64,000 bases of DNA, from positions 32,001 to 96,000 of the IMG/VR virus record IMGVR_UViG_3300027971_000031; one strand, written 5' to 3'. Both the position numbers and the translations under genes were made by a program. Of this stretch, positions 28,196 through 38,115 are shown piece by piece; the first letter of the stretch is position 1; every line of letters begins with the position of its first letter. The DNA is from a virus. The notes under the pieces are model-generated. The model searched no databases. It was not told where the DNA came from and saw nothing but the letters and a program-made list of their open reading frames with translations.

Positions 28196-29001
28196 TATAC
28201 ATTTTCAGATTGATATTTTATGTTTCTATCTTCAATAAAGAAAAATTCTTTTTTTGCTGTTTGAATCCAAAACTTAACCTCATCTTCAATCATTTTTTCT
28301 TCACCAAATTTATAATTCCAAAAAATAGAACCTTCTCTTAAATTGGTATGTTTGTAACCAAGTTTTGGTATTGTCATAATAGATACAGAGTTATAAGTTA
28401 ATCTCAATAAAAACTCATAAATGAATGTTAATTTAATTGATGGTTTAAACCCTCCAAAATCTTCAATAACTGATTTTTTAATTACAGAACCTGCAGTTTG
28501 AAAGTTTTGATAATCTTGTAATGTTTCATTTGTTAAAAATCCCATTTCTTGAGTGAAATTTGCAGCAAAGGTTGCTTCATTTGTAAATCCTGCAAATATT
28601 CCTTTTTCGTCAGTTTCAACTACAACTGGTAAGAATATTTGTGCCTTTGGGTATGCGTCGATATACTTCGCAACATTTTTAAACCAAATAGATGAATATT
28701 CATCATCAAATTCAAATAACGATATCCAAGAACCTTTTGAGTTTTTAACACCATAATTAACTTGTTCACAATAATTAGGGTCTTTATCCCATAATAATTT
28801 TGTGACGTTTAAATCTCCAAAATCATAACCGTTTAAATATTCAACTAAAGATTCTTCTGAAGTGTGAACGATTAATAATTCTTCAATTCCAACTGTTTGT
28901 GAATTGATTGATGCAATTGCTTTTTCAAAATACTCATCAAAATTTCTTGCTTTTGATGATTTAATTGGTAATATAACTGATATTGGTAATGTAGTATTCA
29001 T
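28195..29001 (-). CDS. Glycosyltransferase family 2 (GT-A)
   Basis: ISVILPI, SINSQT, VNYGV..SKGSWISLFEFDDEY, GGFKP; ATG 29001 preferred to 29034. Confidence 0.8.
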   Translation of the reverse strand: MNTTLPISVILPIKSSKARNFDEYFEKAIASINSQTVGIEELLIVHTSEESLVEYLNGYDFGDLNVTKLLWDKDPNYCEQVNYGVKNSKGSWISLFEFDDEYSSIWFKNVAKYIDAYPKAQIFLPVVVETDEKGIFAGFTNEATFAANFTQEMGFLTNETLQDYQNFQTAGSVIKKSVIEDFGGFKPSIKLTFIYEFLLRLTYNSVSIMTIPKLGYKHTNLREGSIFWNYKFGEEKMIEDEVKFWIQTAKKEFFFIEDRNIKYQSENV

Positions 29002-29002
29002 A

Positions 29003-30055
29003 TTATTCTTCGGTTTTAGAAATTTGTTCTTCAAATGAATTTGCCCTTACGTTTAAATAGTCACCAAATAAAGTTGTAACGTTAGTATCAAATTCTTGTT
29101 TATTAGTATAGTTTTCAACAGTTTTTTTCATACTGTCATAAAGTTCAGGTTTGATATTATCTTCTAACCAATTTTGTATAAAATCAGCAATAAAATCACA
29201 CATTAATGTTGGATTAGTAACCCAAACACCATTATTCTCATTCATCCATTCAGGTTGAATGTATGGTACTTTACCAATCACAGGTACTCCTGATGCCATA
29301 GATTCCAATGGGAATGTGCCAAATCCACTTTGTTCATCCATCCAAACACTAACAAAACATTCTCTTAATGAATTTCCAAATTCTATTTCAGAAAGACCTC
29401 TTAAATCTCTAAATGTAAACCATCTATATTGAGGAAATTTTAAGTAAAACGTTTTAATAATATTAATTGTGTCTGATTGTTCTTTAGTATGTACACCAAT
29501 GATAGGCATTGGTGGTAAATTTTTTGGATAAAAATTTTCAGTAATTAAAGGTTTTAATATATCAAAACTACATTGTCTCATTACAGATTCAATATATTCT
29601 TGTTGTTTTTGAGTTGTAGTAATACATTTTAAAAATCCGTATTGAGACCAACTCTGACCTGGTTGTAATGTTTCAACAATGTGAGAATAATTTTGAGTCA
29701 ATACAATTTTACCACAAGGTAAATTTTTAATTTGTTCCATAATGTACCCAAAAAGTTCTGGAATTACAATAAAATCTTCAGGTGAAATTTCTAAATTTTG
29801 ACCTTCAATTGATTGATGTCGGATTGACATATATTCTTCATCCATCCAAGCAACTACACCTGCGTAGTCATTTTTTTCGTGAAGAATAATAGGATTAAAT
29901 CCTGAATCTAAAAGAGTTTTAGCCATTTGATAGATTAATCTAACAGATGCTTTTGCATTCCCTTTAGTGTCTTGAACTAAGAAATAAATTCTTGATTTTT
30001 TATCTCTTAAATTTTTAATTGATTCTGTTACTTTTTCGTTTAACGATGCGTCCAT
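29003..30055 (-). CDS. GT-B fold glycosyltransferase (GT4-like)
   Basis: DFIVIPE, C-terminal SGFGTFPLESMASGVPVIG. Confidence 0.75.
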   Translation of the reverse strand: MDASLNEKVTESIKNLRDKKSRIYFLVQDTKGNAKASVRLIYQMAKTLLDSGFNPIILHEKNDYAGVVAWMDEEYMSIRHQSIEGQNLEISPEDFIVIPELFGYIMEQIKNLPCGKIVLTQNYSHIVETLQPGQSWSQYGFLKCITTTQKQQEYIESVMRQCSFDILKPLITENFYPKNLPPMPIIGVHTKEQSDTINIIKTFYLKFPQYRWFTFRDLRGLSEIEFGNSLRECFVSVWMDEQSGFGTFPLESMASGVPVIGKVPYIQPEWMNENNGVWVTNPTLMCDFIADFIQNWLEDNIKPELYDSMKKTVENYTNKQEFDTNVTTLFGDYLNVRANSFEEQISKTEE

Positions 30056-30056
30056 A

Positions 30057-30350
30057 TTAATAGTGATTTATAAGTTTTTTATTTAATAAGCTATTGAACG
30101 ATAATCTAAATGGTATACTAGTATTGTTACTTGATTTCATACCTAATTTTTCGTCAATTTCTTCATGTTCTGTTAAAATGGTATCCATTAACATTTTTAC
30201 CATTTCAAATTTTATTATATTTACTTTCATGTCTGTTGAACCTGAAAATTCATCATCTTCAATATCTTCAACAGGTTTAATTGACATGTCTAAATATTCT
30301 TCGATTTTATCTAAATCAAAATAGTAATTTTCTCCTAATACCTTAATCAT
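30057..30350 (-). CDS. Hypothetical protein
   Basis: 97-aa ORF within operon. Confidence 0.7.
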   Translation of the reverse strand: MIKVLGENYYFDLDKIEEYLDMSIKPVEDIEDDEFSGSTDMKVNIIKFEMVKMLMDTILTEHEEIDEKLGMKSSNNTSIPFRLSFNSLLNKKLINHY

Positions 30351-30939
30351 ATAGTTCTGTTATTTTTGTTTTTAAATCCTTTAGGGTTGTTATTGTATGT
30401 TCAACATTAATATTTTGGTTATATAATGTTTTATATTTTATAACGGTTTTACCTTTTGGGTGATTTAATAATAGTGTGGGATTTGCTGTAAGTAAAACAT
30501 CTATTGAATCCCAAAGTGAATTAATTGTTGATTCACTATAAAATTTAACAGTTTCAACTAAACAACCAAATTTTGAAATGAAAAATAAAGACGCTGGCTT
30601 TGATTTACCCATTTCATCAGAAACAATTAAAATATCATGAAAATCTCTCATATCTAAATAAAACTCATTAAAATCCATCATACTAGAATGTTCAACTGAA
30701 CCCGCATGACCAAAGATTTCCATAGTATGTTCTTTATATAAAAAATTATATAATTCGTCTTCATCTTTAAATTTAAGATGTTTTGATATATCTAAAGTTG
30801 TTAAATCTGAAATTACTTGATATTCGGATTTTTCTTCATCTTCTTTAAAAGGATTCTCAAGATACCATTTTTCGTACTCTTGTTGTATTTTTTTTAAAGT
30901 ATCTCTTAATACTCCATTTAATTCTATTGCAATTTTCAT
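30343..30939 (-). CDS. 5'(3')-deoxyribonucleotidase (NT5C/HAD)-like protein with degenerate active site
   Basis: KIAIELNGVLRD in place of IAIDxDGVL.D; C-terminal pattern resembles NT5C. Confidence 0.55.
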   Translation of the reverse strand: MKIAIELNGVLRDTLKKIQQEYEKWYLENPFKEDEEKSEYQVISDLTTLDISKHLKFKDEDELYNFLYKEHTMEIFGHAGSVEHSSMMDFNEFYLDMRDFHDILIVSDEMGKSKPASLFFISKFGCLVETVKFYSESTINSLWDSIDVLLTANPTLLLNHPKGKTVIKYKTLYNQNINVEHTITTLKDLKTKITELYD

Positions 30940-31685
30940 TCTGTCTCGTTATCATATTTGTCTAAAATCTTACTAATCAAAGGATTTCTAACAATGTCTT
31001 TTTTATCTTTAAATTCAAAAGTTGAAATGTGATTAGAGTCTCTAAACTTTTCAATAGCATCCCATAACCCACTGTGTGTTTTGTTTTTATATCTATCAGA
31101 TTGTTCAACATCTCCTGAAATAAAAAACTTACTATTAAATCCAATCCTTGTTAATAAAAGTTTCATCTGACTTGGTGTTGCATTTTGACCTTCTTCAAAT
31201 ATTAATATTGAATTGTCAATATTCATACCTCTCATAAACGCCAAAGCAAAAACTTCAATAACTTCAAGTTCTTTTAATTTTTCCCTCATTTCTTTTCCAA
31301 TAATTTTATTTAATAGATAGTATGATGGAAAAATATATGGGTCTAATTTTTCTTCTACGTTACCAGGTAAACTACCTAATTTTTCTTCAGCTTCAACCGC
31401 AGGTCTTACAATAATAATTTTTTCGTAAGGTGTACTTGGGTCTGATAATAAATCAACTGCCGCTTTCATTGTAATATAACTTTTACCTACACCCGCAGGT
31501 CCTGAACAAATAGTTACCTCACTTGAGGTTAAAACGTCATAATAATTTTTTTGGGTTTGTGTTAAAAATTTTTCTTTTGTTTTTCTTTTTATAATTGAAC
31601 ATATAATTTCTTTTTTTGTTCTTGTACTTTTTTCGTCTGTTAATGGTGTTGGTGTTGGTAATTTTCTACTTGCTTTTGTTGCCAT
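30936..31685 (-). CDS. phoH: PhoH-like ATPase
   Basis: GPAGVGKSY, IIIVRPAVEAEEKLGSLPG, AFMRG, EEGQN, GDVEQSD, DIVRNPLI. Confidence 0.93.
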   Translation of the reverse strand: MATKASRKLPTPTPLTDEKSTRTKKEIICSIIKRKTKEKFLTQTQKNYYDVLTSSEVTICSGPAGVGKSYITMKAAVDLLSDPSTPYEKIIIVRPAVEAEEKLGSLPGNVEEKLDPYIFPSYYLLNKIIGKEMREKLKELEVIEVFALAFMRGMNIDNSILIFEEGQNATPSQMKLLLTRIGFNSKFFISGDVEQSDRYKNKTHSGLWDAIEKFRDSNHISTFEFKDKKDIVRNPLISKILDKYDNETE

Positions 31686-31729
31686 TATTTAATATTATTG
31701 TAATAGTTTATTTAAATTTATTTTTTATA

Positions 31730-32890
31730 TTAATATTTTAATAGGATATCACAAACTCTATCAATATCTTCTTTTGTCATTTTATCATGATTTGGAACAT
31801 ATATTCCTCTTTCATCTATAATTGTACATTTAGGTAATTTATTTTCTCCGTATAATTTTTTGTAAAATGGTTGAGTTCCCATTGAACCTGAAATTAATGG
31901 TCGACATACAATGTTGTTCTCATTCAATTCTTTTATTAGTTTTTCTTTATCCTCAATAGTTTTGGTAATAAACGGAATTGCAAAATTTGAAGTATAACTA
32001 TCGTCAAAAGTTCTTGGAAACCATGTTTTACTTTCTAACTTAGATTTGTAATATAAGAAATTCTCATAACGATTATTAATCATTCCATCTACTTTATCTA
32101 ATTGTTTGATTCCAATTTGGGCTTGTAAATCTGTACTTCTTAAATTAAAACCTGGAACGTAAAATGTGTATAATGCCGAAAAATCATTTACATCCCATTC
32201 TTTTCTTAATTCTTGTTGTTTTTCCAAAGATAAATCTCTATCCCATCCGTGACTTCTAAGTTGCAACAAAGTGTTGTAAATCTCTTCATCGTTAGTCGAA
32301 ATAACCCCACCCTCAATTGTTGACATTGTGTGTCCAAAATAAGTTGAGAATGATGACATCAATCCAAAGTTACCAAGTTTGGTCCCCTTAAATTTAGTTC
32401 CCTGTGACTCACAATTATCTTCAAGTAAGATTACATCATACTTTTTACATAACCGAACAATAGAATCCATATCTGGAGATAATCCTAATACAGAAACCAA
32501 AAATAATACGGACGGTTGTTCGGTTTTAAAGACTTCTTCAAGATGTGTTAAATCTACCGATAAGTTATCCAAATTACAATCAATTAATAATGGTTTCATA
32601 TCAAACTGAAGTACGGGTGCCAAGTCTGTTGCCCAACATAATGTGGGAACACAAACTTTATTGTTTTTCATTTTGTTAAGAATTTTTAATGCATACAACA
32701 TAAGTAAATTTGCTGACGACCCTGAATTGACAAATACGGAATATTTTGTCCCTAACCACTGAGACCATTTATTTTCAAACTCAATTGTTTTAGACCCTTT
32801 AGTTAATTTTGGATAAGTTTTTAACCAGTCAATTAAATTATCGATGTCTTGATTATTGATTGTATCTTGAATTAAATCAATTCTTTTCAT
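31730..32890 (-). CDS. colD: GDP-4-keto-6-deoxy-D-mannose 3-dehydratase (ColD-like, DegT family)
   Basis: VNSGSSANLL, LLEDNCES, SFSTYFGHTMSTIEGG (His in place of PLP Lys), LRSHGW; no RfbH Fe-S Cys cluster. Confidence 0.75.
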   Translation of the reverse strand: MKRIDLIQDTINNQDIDNLIDWLKTYPKLTKGSKTIEFENKWSQWLGTKYSVFVNSGSSANLLMLYALKILNKMKNNKVCVPTLCWATDLAPVLQFDMKPLLIDCNLDNLSVDLTHLEEVFKTEQPSVLFLVSVLGLSPDMDSIVRLCKKYDVILLEDNCESQGTKFKGTKLGNFGLMSSFSTYFGHTMSTIEGGVISTNDEEIYNTLLQLRSHGWDRDLSLEKQQELRKEWDVNDFSALYTFYVPGFNLRSTDLQAQIGIKQLDKVDGMINNRYENFLYYKSKLESKTWFPRTFDDSYTSNFAIPFITKTIEDKEKLIKELNENNIVCRPLISGSMGTQPFYKKLYGENKLPKCTIIDERGIYVPNHDKMTKEDIDRVCDILLKY

Positions 32891-33810
32891 TTTCTAAGAG
32901 TATTATAATTGTTAATGAACCATTCAATCGTTTCAATAATTCCTTGCTCTAAATTAATGTATTGGTAATCTTTAGGAATATCTGATTTTGCGGGTTTTCT
33001 AAACTGACCTTTTGGTTTTGTCTCATCAAATATTAAGTTATCATCTTGGATATTAAATTTTTTGGCAACAATTTTAACAATATCCATAACTGAGTGTTCG
33101 TTATCATTTACTGCCATAAAGGGAACTTCACTATTCCAATTATCAATTGCCCATAAAATAACTTTTGCCAAATCTTTTGAATGGATAAATTGTCTTAATG
33201 GACTTCCGTCTCCCCAAACTACAAAGTCTTCATTATTTTGTTTACAGTTATACGCTCTGTGAATAATACCAGGAATCATATGACTGTGCTCAGGATGAAA
33301 ATTATCGTGTGGACCATAAACATTTGTTGGTACAATTGTAATCCAATTGTTACCTGTTAATTGTCTAATAATTTTTGTTTGATAACCTGACAATCTTTTT
33401 GCGTAAGAATAACCATGATTAGATGGGTGTGGCGGTGCAATGTCAATTTGGTCGGCAGTTAATGGGTATGTGATATTAGAGTCGGGGAAAATACAAGTAG
33501 ATGATAAATTAACAAAATTCTTAACTTTGTTATTAAATGCCGAGTTAATTACATTATTATTTATCTTATAGTTTTCAACAAAGAAAGTTTCATTATTGTC
33601 TGAGTTTGCTTGAACTCCACCAACCATTGCAGCACAATGTATAATTGTGTCCACACCTGAGTTTTTTACATGATGTGTGATATAATCATTAGTTGATTTT
33701 TCGTCAGTTAAATCCACATCTTTTCTTGTGTGGTATATGTGACCTTCACCTAATAATTCTTTTAATGCCGTGCCAAGTAATCCGTTTGAACCTGTAACTA
33801 ATACTTTCAT
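32887..33810 (-). CDS. fcl: GDP-L-fucose synthase / GDP-colitose synthase (SDR epimerase-reductase)
   Basis: TGSNGLLG, AAMVGGVQAN, STCIFP, YSYAKR, PTNVYGPHDNF, WGDGSPLRQF. Confidence 0.9.
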   Translation of the reverse strand: MKVLVTGSNGLLGTALKELLGEGHIYHTRKDVDLTDEKSTNDYITHHVKNSGVDTIIHCAAMVGGVQANSDNNETFFVENYKINNNVINSAFNNKVKNFVNLSSTCIFPDSNITYPLTADQIDIAPPHPSNHGYSYAKRLSGYQTKIIRQLTGNNWITIVPTNVYGPHDNFHPEHSHMIPGIIHRAYNCKQNNEDFVVWGDGSPLRQFIHSKDLAKVILWAIDNWNSEVPFMAVNDNEHSVMDIVKIVAKKFNIQDDNLIFDETKPKGQFRKPAKSDIPKDYQYINLEQGIIETIEWFINNYNTLRK

Positions 33811-34589
33811 AATTTAATCCATTTATCACAATATAAGTCATTAGTGTTTAAATGTGAATTGGAAACGCCAAACCATTTTGACGGAATTATTACTTGTTTA
33901 TTTTCATTGTTATTTAACCAAGCCCCCCACCAACTAAATGTTGAATTTGCAATTATGTTATTTTTACACATAGACATTAAATACAAATCTTCATAATCTT
34001 TATTATCGGATATAAATGTTTTGTTAATTAAAAACCCAAAGTTTTCTTTACACCATTCAATATCATCGGAAAATACTAAGAAATGTTTTTCTTCACCAAT
34101 AATTTGAATAGCCTCCTTATAATATTCAATTGATTGGGTTGGGTGGTAATTTGGAAGACCCAAATAATCACCTCTTCTAATATGAATTGAACACGTATCT
34201 TGATTTATAATATCTCCATATTTTTCAGACAAATATGTTTTTGTTGTATTGTCAATTTCAAAAAGTTCTAATATTTTATCCCTATGTTCTATAAAGTATT
34301 TTTCACTTTGAAAGTGTCCAACTAATTTAATATTTCCATTAATTTTTGGTATTGGAGTGTAGTGAAATCCACCTTCACCCATATTTTTTAAATTGGTTAA
34401 ACTATTTGAAAATTTAATATTTCTAAATATATTATTAGTATAATATGTATATGGTTTATGAGGGATTTGCATCTCTGTAATATCACAAATTATTTCTTTA
34501 TTATCTCTAAGAGCAATACTATGTGATGTTGCGATTTGGTACATCATGTTCCCTAATCCCCCCATTAATCTTGTTGAAACAATATCCAT
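33807..34589 (-). CDS. Alpha-1,2-fucosyl/colitosyltransferase (GT11)
   Basis: GGLGNMMYQ, GHFQSEKYF, HIRRGDY, FSDDIEWCK, NSTFSWWGAWL. Confidence 0.92.
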   Translation of the reverse strand: MDIVSTRLMGGLGNMMYQIATSHSIALRDNKEIICDITEMQIPHKPYTYYTNNIFRNIKFSNSLTNLKNMGEGGFHYTPIPKINGNIKLVGHFQSEKYFIEHRDKILELFEIDNTTKTYLSEKYGDIINQDTCSIHIRRGDYLGLPNYHPTQSIEYYKEAIQIIGEEKHFLVFSDDIEWCKENFGFLINKTFISDNKDYEDLYLMSMCKNNIIANSTFSWWGAWLNNNENKQVIIPSKWFGVSNSHLNTNDLYCDKWIKL

Positions 34590-34676
34590 TATTTAATATT
34601 TTTTTTTAAGACAGATTTTTATTTTAGTTGAAATATAAGAAATCTTACTTATAATTCAATTATAAATTTGAATAAT

Positions 34677-35321
34677 ATGGCACAAGGGGTACATAAAATA
34701 ACTGAGGATTTTGAAAGGAGTTTGTGTGATTATACAGGAGCACCTTACGCAATTGCATTAGACAACATGAGTAACGCAATATTTTTGGCGTTATATTATG
34801 AAAAGAACATAAAACAAAGTTTAACATCAGATAAGGTAGATTGTCCGTCAAAGACATATCCATCAGTTCCGTGTGAAATTATTCATGCGGGGTTAAAAGT
34901 TAATTTTACGCCTGTTGAGGGAGAAACAATTAAAGGAGCCTACCAACTATCTCCAAGTAATGTTTGGGATTCAGCTTTAAGATTTACTGCCGACATGTAT
35001 ATACCAAAGTCTCATATGTGTCTTTCATTTACAGGTCCATATAAAACTTTAAAATTAAGTAAAGGTGGGGCAATTTTAACTGATGACCATAAAGCAATGT
35101 TATGGTTTAAACGTGCCAGATTTAGCGGTAGAAGAGAGTGTTCGTATCACGATGATAATTTTGATATGTTGGGTTGGAATTTTTACATGATGCCAGAACT
35201 TTCGGCCAGAGGATTGTTGATGATGTCACAGTTTTACGATTTGAAAGGGAATAAAAAACACATCGATGATTTGGAATTACCTTATCCTGATTTGTCCAAA
35301 TTTGAAATTTATAAAAAATGA
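34677..35321 (+). CDS. Short DegT/DnrJ-family PLP enzyme (lacks C-terminal domain)
   Basis: FERSLCDYTGAPYAIA, TYPSVP, DSA, CLSFTGPYKTL..GGAILTDD, GWNFYM; ATG 34677 preferred. Confidence 0.7.
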   Translation: MAQGVHKITEDFERSLCDYTGAPYAIALDNMSNAIFLALYYEKNIKQSLTSDKVDCPSKTYPSVPCEIIHAGLKVNFTPVEGETIKGAYQLSPSNVWDSALRFTADMYIPKSHMCLSFTGPYKTLKLSKGGAILTDDHKAMLWFKRARFSGRRECSYHDDNFDMLGWNFYMMPELSARGLLMMSQFYDLKGNKKHIDDLELPYPDLSKFEIYKK

Positions 35322-35917
35322 AAAAAGGAATTATAGGTGCTGGAGGTTTTGGTAGAGAAGTTTATTGGAGCTTATCTTTAATAGAACGAGTTAATACCAA
35401 ATTTTTTGTTGATGACAAATACTGGGATGACACAAATGATTTAATTTTACCAATTTCTAAATTTAACCCAAGTGAATATAAAATAGTTGTTGCAATTGGA
35501 GACCCAAGGGATAGGTTTGATATGGTAGAAAGATTACCAAAAGAAACCAAATATTTTACACATATACATCCTAGTGTACAAATACTTGGAGATGACGTTG
35601 AGATTAATGAGGGAAGTATTATATGCGCCGGAACTATAATTACAACAAATGTTAAAATAGGGAAACATGCTCATTTAAATCTTCAAACCACTATTGGTCA
35701 TGATTGTGAAATTGGTGATTATTTTACCACAGCCCCTGGTGCTAAAATATCAGGTAATTGTAAGATATATGATTGTGTTTATGTAGGTACAAATGCGTCA
35801 ATTAAAGAAAAAATATCAATACATAGTTTAACTACTATAGGTTCAAATGCTACGGTAGTTAAAAATATTGAAGAACCAGGAATTTATGTTGGAGTTCCTT
35901 CCAAAAAAATAAAATAA
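35318..35917 (+). CDS. Sugar O/N-acetyltransferase, NeuD/PglD family
   Basis: IIGAGGFGREV, VAIGDP..R, IHPS, hexapeptide repeats, IGHDC, GVPSK. Confidence 0.9.
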   Translation: MKKGIIGAGGFGREVYWSLSLIERVNTKFFVDDKYWDDTNDLILPISKFNPSEYKIVVAIGDPRDRFDMVERLPKETKYFTHIHPSVQILGDDVEINEGSIICAGTIITTNVKIGKHAHLNLQTTIGHDCEIGDYFTTAPGAKISGNCKIYDCVYVGTNASIKEKISIHSLTTIGSNATVVKNIEEPGIYVGVPSKKIK

Positions 35918-35922
35918 ACGTT

Positions 35923-36726
35923 TTAATGATTTTTAACAAAATCAATTATTTTGTCTCTTAACGACTCTCTAAATTTGGCGTATTTAAAACTTCTTTCATA
36001 ATTTTCTTGAATATAGGGTAACATTTGATGATAAGTCTCAGTTGTAATTGAATTACAAACATTAGTAATATCATCTAAGTTTTTAACTATAAACATCCCT
36101 CTAGTGTCAAAGAAATCTCCAATATTTGGACACCCCAAATAAATTGGAATTGTTTTAGTTTGAAAACAATCAATTAATTTTTCAGTAAACCAATTATATG
36201 AAGACATATTTTCAATCGCAATGTGAAACTGAGAGTAAAACAATTCATTTTTTATTTCACTATCTTGAATATATCTATCAATTAATGGTGTTCCTGTATA
36301 AGGTTCATTTTTACTGTTAAATAAATGTATTGGTATTGTACTCACCATTTCATTTATTTTAGGTAATCCTTGTCTCATAATTTGATATTGTGTTATTGTT
36401 TTACCTCCAACAATTGATGTTATGCAATATTCTTTTTCTTTTGTTAAATCAAAATCTAAAATCCAAGAAGTTCCAAACGGAAACAATTTAGCATTTGGAC
36501 AAGTATCTAATACTTCTTTATGCCAAGTTAAAATTAAGTCAAATTCTTTGTACCTATTAATTACATGATTTCTTAACCTTGAAACTTCATTTGGCTCAAC
36601 ACACCAAAGAATTCTTATACCTTCTTTAGGTTTTAACGGGAATCTATCAACATATAATTCACACGGTTTATCTGTTTGAATATCAATTTTAATGTCCCAA
36701 ATTGAAAATTTTTTTACTGAATACAT
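35923..36726 (-). CDS. GT10-like (alpha-1,3/4-fucosyltransferase family) protein
   Basis: FHIAIEN....WFTEKLIDCF..KTIPIYLG is the GT10 donor-binding motif. Confidence 0.75.
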   Translation of the reverse strand: MYSVKKFSIWDIKIDIQTDKPCELYVDRFPLKPKEGIRILWCVEPNEVSRLRNHVINRYKEFDLILTWHKEVLDTCPNAKLFPFGTSWILDFDLTKEKEYCITSIVGGKTITQYQIMRQGLPKINEMVSTIPIHLFNSKNEPYTGTPLIDRYIQDSEIKNELFYSQFHIAIENMSSYNWFTEKLIDCFQTKTIPIYLGCPNIGDFFDTRGMFIVKNLDDITNVCNSITTETYHQMLPYIQENYERSFKYAKFRESLRDKIIDFVKNH

Positions 36727-36761
36727 ATTTTATATTTATACGGGACTATTTGACGTACCAA

Positions 36762-37379
36762 TTAATAGATTTTTTTAATGTAACCATTTGGATTAAATGT
36801 TGCATTTTTACCAAAAAAATCACACCATTTTCTATCAATTTGGAAATTAGGGTTATTTGGTAAAAATTCTTTAATTGCTCTTAGTGGTCCTCCATCATAA
36901 TCTTTTTCAAGACCAATATTATTTAATATTCCATCTTCAATAATAAAATAAGAGTTAACTGAAACTAAATCTTTAAACTTATCCATAGTTATTTTAACGT
37001 GACTATATAGGTGAGACCCATCATCAATTACTAGTATATTATTAAACCCCTCGGCATTTTTTAAATCGTAACTTTCAAAACCGCCTAAAAATCTTTTAAT
37101 TCTTGGGTGGTTAACTATTAACGGGTCCATAGGATATTCCATTATATCCATAGTATGAATCATACCATTACCCAACAAATCTAACATATCTGCCATGTAT
37201 AGAGATGAGGCACCATGGTTAGTGCCAATTTCAATAATTAAATCAGGTTTAACTTCATTTATTATCATTTGGTATAGTAAATAATCAAAAGGGTCTTTAA
37301 TTAATTTAATACCTCGATAAGATACTTTATGATGACCTTCAACTATAGATTCAATTGAGAAAGAAATTTCATTGTCCAT
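36762..37379 (-). CDS. CmcI-family (cephalosporin hydroxylase / sugar O-methyltransferase-like) SAM-dependent protein
   Basis: YRGIKLIKDPFD..LYQ.II.EVKPDLIIEIGT..G.S, VIDDGSH, YFIIED, GP..AI.EFL, NPNGY. Confidence 0.8.
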   Translation of the reverse strand: MDNEISFSIESIVEGHHKVSYRGIKLIKDPFDYLLYQMIINEVKPDLIIEIGTNHGASSLYMADMLDLLGNGMIHTMDIMEYPMDPLIVNHPRIKRFLGGFESYDLKNAEGFNNILVIDDGSHLYSHVKITMDKFKDLVSVNSYFIIEDGILNNIGLEKDYDGGPLRAIKEFLPNNPNFQIDRKWCDFFGKNATFNPNGYIKKIY

Positions 37380-37406
37380 TTTAAATGTTATTATTTTTTA
37401 TTATGT

Positions 37407-38111
37407 TTAGTTGTTTTTAAAATAACCATCACCTTCTACCGTGCAAGTAATTTTATTTATTAATACTGATTTTAAATTATTTTCTTCAATCAATTCTCTA
37501 ATTTCAAAATATAAGCATCCATCTGATGAATTATCTCCACATTTTTCATCACCTAAAGTCCTATATCTTAAGGGTAGTTGATTTAAATTAAAACATATTG
37601 AGGAATGAACTAAAGTTTCTGGATATGGTTTAAAATTAATATATTTTTCATGACTTGAAATATTAGGTAATATTGTATCACGATATTTACTTTTGGTACA
37701 AATAAATGCCGGATTGTTTAATTCAATACATTCATTTATTAATTCTAAATGATTGTTTTCCCAAAAATCATCATGGTCAAGTTTAACAATATAATTAAAC
37801 CCTTCATTACTTGAAATATTTATGGAATGGTTTATTGCATTAACCCCACCAAATTTCCAAATATCTACTTTATTATCAAAAATATCCCTTTCTTTTGCCA
37901 CCTCTAAATTTTGATAAAATAATTTTTCAGGGTAAGGAAATGATTTACATATAGTTTCAAACTCCTCATTGTTTTCGTACCTATCACCAGTTAAAAAAAT
38001 TTTATAATCTTGATAGGTTTGATTTGCAATACTATTTAAAGCTCTTGTTAAGAAACTACTAGACCTACCATCTTTACGGTAGTAAGTTGATATAATTATT
38101 GCTAATTTCAT
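37407..38111 (-). CDS. Glycosyltransferase family 2
   Basis: AIIISTY, ALNSIANQTYQD, YIVKLDHDDFW..NHL. Confidence 0.8.
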   Translation of the reverse strand: MKLAIIISTYYRKDGRSSSFLTRALNSIANQTYQDYKIFLTGDRYENNEEFETICKSFPYPEKLFYQNLEVAKERDIFDNKVDIWKFGGVNAINHSINISSNEGFNYIVKLDHDDFWENNHLELINECIELNNPAFICTKSKYRDTILPNISSHEKYINFKPYPETLVHSSICFNLNQLPLRYRTLGDEKCGDNSSDGCLYFEIRELIEENNLKSVLINKITCTVEGDGYFKNN

Positions 38112-38115
38112 TTAA

